Below, piece by piece: positions 61,116-64,000 of a stretch of 64,000 nucleotides of DNA. The notes under the pieces are model-generated. The model made no database searches. It had not been told where the DNA came from and worked only from the letters and a program-made list of their open reading frames with translations. The stretch comes from Basidiobolus meristosporus CBS 931.73 (taxonomy: Eukaryota; Fungi; Basidiobolomycota), in assembly GCA_002104905.1 (NCBI GenBank), contig MCFE01000198.1, positions 70,308 through 134,307 on the forward strand, given 5' to 3'. Each line of letters begins with the position of its first letter. The first letter of the stretch is position 1. The position numbers and the translations under genes are program-made.

Positions 61116-63520
61116 ATGAAGAATTAAGAATATAAAGTGCCAATAAGCAGGAAGAAGAAAATGCTGCAATAAGCAATGGGAACCAACAAAGGAGGTACCC
61201 AAGACCCTACAAAGACAATAGCAACCTGTTTTGCAACTACTGCAAAAGAAAGAACACACATCAGACTGGTGTCTCAAAAAGAGAGAAAATCAGCAAAAGA
61301 AGCCTGAATATGGAAATACTGCAACAACTGAAGATAGACTATTCATATCTGCACTGAGTATGACCACAAACAAGGATTCTCACATGTGGTACACTGACTC
61401 TGGGGCATCTCAACACTTTACACTCCAAAAAGAACTTTTTACCCACTATCAAGAAATTCCAATCTAGAAGGTTTTCATGGGTGATGATAGAACACTTGAT
61501 GCAGTGGGAGAATGAACTATCCTAGTAGACCCTAGAAGCAGTGAAGGAAGCCATACACTGACCTCTAAAGAGGTACTGTATGTACCAGAAATAGCAAGAA
61601 CCTACTATCTGTAAGCAAGGCCACAGCAGAGGGACTTAGTTTCAGCTTTGACAATTCTGGATGAAGGATCACTGATCAAAATGGAGCCCATATTGCTTTG
61701 GGTATCAGAGATCAGAATATATACAGGTTGACTTATATTCCATCATATCTGGAAGCCAATATAAGTAACTTAAATGAAGAAACACCTATACTTAGGTACA
61801 GGAGATTTGGGCACATCAATTTGGATTATTTGCCCAAAATGATCCAAGATCAGCTATTTTCTGGAGTAAAAATTGATCACCCAGCTAGTTTGGAGCACTT
61901 TGAAGCCTGCATACATGGGAAACAAGCCAGACAACCATTCAAGAGCTCTAGATTAATCAAAACTAAGAAAAAATTAGATCTAGTTCACTCAGATCTGTGA
62001 GGAGTTATGCAAAATTTATCCTTAAGTGGGATGAAGCATTGCATCACTTTTATTGATGATTATGCAAGATACACATGGGTTTACTTCATGGATAGAAAGG
62101 AAGAAGTTCTGTCCAACCTCTGGGAACTTAAAGCCATGGTGGAGAGAGAGACCAGTGAAAAAATCAAGAAAATACTCTCTGACAATGGTGGAGAATATAC
62201 CTCAAAACTCTTCAACCACTGCTGCAAAACTCATGGGATAAAGCAAGAGACTACAGTACCATACTCCCCACAGCAAATGGAGTAGCAGGATTGGCTAACA
62301 GATCAGTAATTGCCATAGCAAGATCTATGTTCCAAGATCAAAATTATCCTATGATTTTAAGCGGAATTGATTTCCACAGCTGTATACCATAAAAGTAGGA
62401 GTTTTATCATAATACTTTGTGATTCTACTCCATTTGAGGCATGGTATGGGTGCAGATCAAGTGCAGAACATCTCAGAATATTTGGGTGTACAGCATATGC
62501 CAAGAAACTGCCCAGCAATCAGTCAAAATACGAGCCAAAAAATGTAAAATGCATATTTTTAGGTTACTGCAATGAGAGTAAAGCATACAGACTCTACAAT
62601 ACCAAAGTAAAGAGGCTAATGAAGGCTAGTGATGTGCTGTTTGATGAAAATTTAAAATTTTCACAAAAAATGACATCAGATGATGACAAAAATCTGATCT
62701 CAAGTCCACCAGTTGTTGGGATTGAACCAGAGCAAAACAATGAAGATTTTTTCACTCCAGAGGACTCTACAACTGTGGTTCAGCCTGAATCAGTGCCCAG
62801 GAATATCCCAGAAGTGATCATTCCAGTATCAAATGCCTGTAGATTTAATCAGAAAAGAAATAGCCCAGATCACTATATCAATGAGGGTACAAACTTAGCC
62901 TATGCCTATTCAGTCCATATTGATGAGCCCCAGACTGTAAAAGAGACCCTAAATATCCCTCAGACAAAGTTTTGGAGATCTACAATGATTGAGGAATATC
63001 AGGCCCTGGTGGAAAATCAAACTTGGGACTTAGTCAAGTCACTAAGCAGCCAAAAATCAATTGGATGCTGATGTGTCTTCAAGACAAAATACAAGGCTGA
63101 TGGTACAATTGAAAGATGTAAAGTAAGACATGTGGCCAAAGGATACTCTCAAACAAAAGGACTTGACTATACTGAGACCTTTGCACTGGAAGCCAGGTTT
63201 AATTCCTTCAGACTAATATTGGCATTTGCAGCCAAATATAAGTTTTTATTCATCATATGAATGTAAAAGCTGCATTTTTGAATGGAGAGCTTGATTAGCA
63301 TGTCTATATGGACCAGCCTGATGGTTTTGTTGACCAAGATAACCCTCTATTTGGTCTGAAAGCTAAAAAAGTCACTATAAGGTCTTAAGCAATACCCAAG
63401 AGCCTGGAATTGCAAGAAAAATTCTTATTTGAAATCTTTGAGTGTCAAAAGGAGTAATGCTGACTATGGTATATACTATAAGCCAGATAGAGCAAATCCA
63501 GTTCTATTAGCTCTATAGTA
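61116..63520 (+). mobile_element. Copia family-1 internal fragment (mid-gag to RT), no 5' LTR
   Basis: CNYCKKKEHTSDWC, WYTDSGAS, FIDDYARYTWVYFM, DNGGEY, NLISSPP and RT start. The left junction is approximate. Confidence 0.85.
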
Positions 63521-64000
63521 TGTCATGATCACATGACAACCATGAACACCCATGCCAAGTTTCAGCTTCCCAGCTCAATTTCTAAGAGATTCCTTCCGGA
63601 ACCTTCTACCACCTTCCAGAAAGTTCCTGACCATTCCAAACCATTGTTACACAATGGAACATTCCATGGAAGCTTTCCATCGTATTTTTTATAGTCCAGT
63701 ACCATATATGGAAATACCAGGTCACATGACTTAGTCACATGATCAGGTGACCCAATCCATTTTCCCATCCTGTCTCAGTACCGTGTCATCTATGTCATTA
63801 TCCCAGCACCATTGCTGTGCCTCACCCCACAACCCCATTAGTATTAGCTAACATCTCTCGGCATCAATATAGCCAAAAAGTATATATAGTCCTATCCCCC
63901 CTTAAGTATTCCTCAGTCTGATAAACACAGGTCTTGATAAAACAGCCTTGCCTTGAATCCTGCCTTGCCTTGATGGTCCACACCTAAGTCCTTTCCTGCC
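63521..64000 (-). mobile_element. LTR of the 502-bp family, running off the window
   Basis: Reverse complement of 26591-27092, starting TGTCATGATCACATGAC. Confidence 0.82.

Overview
Fungal nuclear DNA; an early-diverging lineage is inferred from a fungus-specific mitoribosomal gene, short GT-AG introns and the repeat families present. The window has two sharply separated compartments. (1) 1-~10,250 is a compact, CpG-normal block of six genes: a 3'-partial membrane-anchored coiled-coil protein (-), RNR1 (+), a ZIP7/YKE4-type zinc transporter with a 1-nt frameshift in its His-Ser repeat (-), SNU66/SART1 (-, 4 exons, apparently eroded C-terminus), MRPL31 (+, 3 exons, absent from the ORF track) and RPP1 (+, 2 exons). 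(2) ~10,365-64,000 is an almost CpG-free, gene-free nest of transposons, many with target-site duplications (TSDs) readable by eye. It holds two Ty1/copia families, one Ty3/gypsy element, two solo-LTR families, six copies or fragments plus one MITE of a CCCTATG-ended CACTA/En-Spm-like family, and a PIF/Harbinger (PHIS)-type family. The PHIS family is the most notable system. It has a nearly intact two-gene element (55758-60262: Myb/SANT-like gene head-to-head with a DDE_Tnp_4 transposase, each broken by one in-frame TGA), a 211-bp MITE, and two ~730-bp fold-back elements with ~345-bp inverted arms. All four share AGAC(T/C)TG termini and 3-bp A-N-(A/T) TSDs. No tRNA, rRNA or CRISPR was seen. 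All coordinates were read by eye; internal transposon junctions may be off by a few bases.
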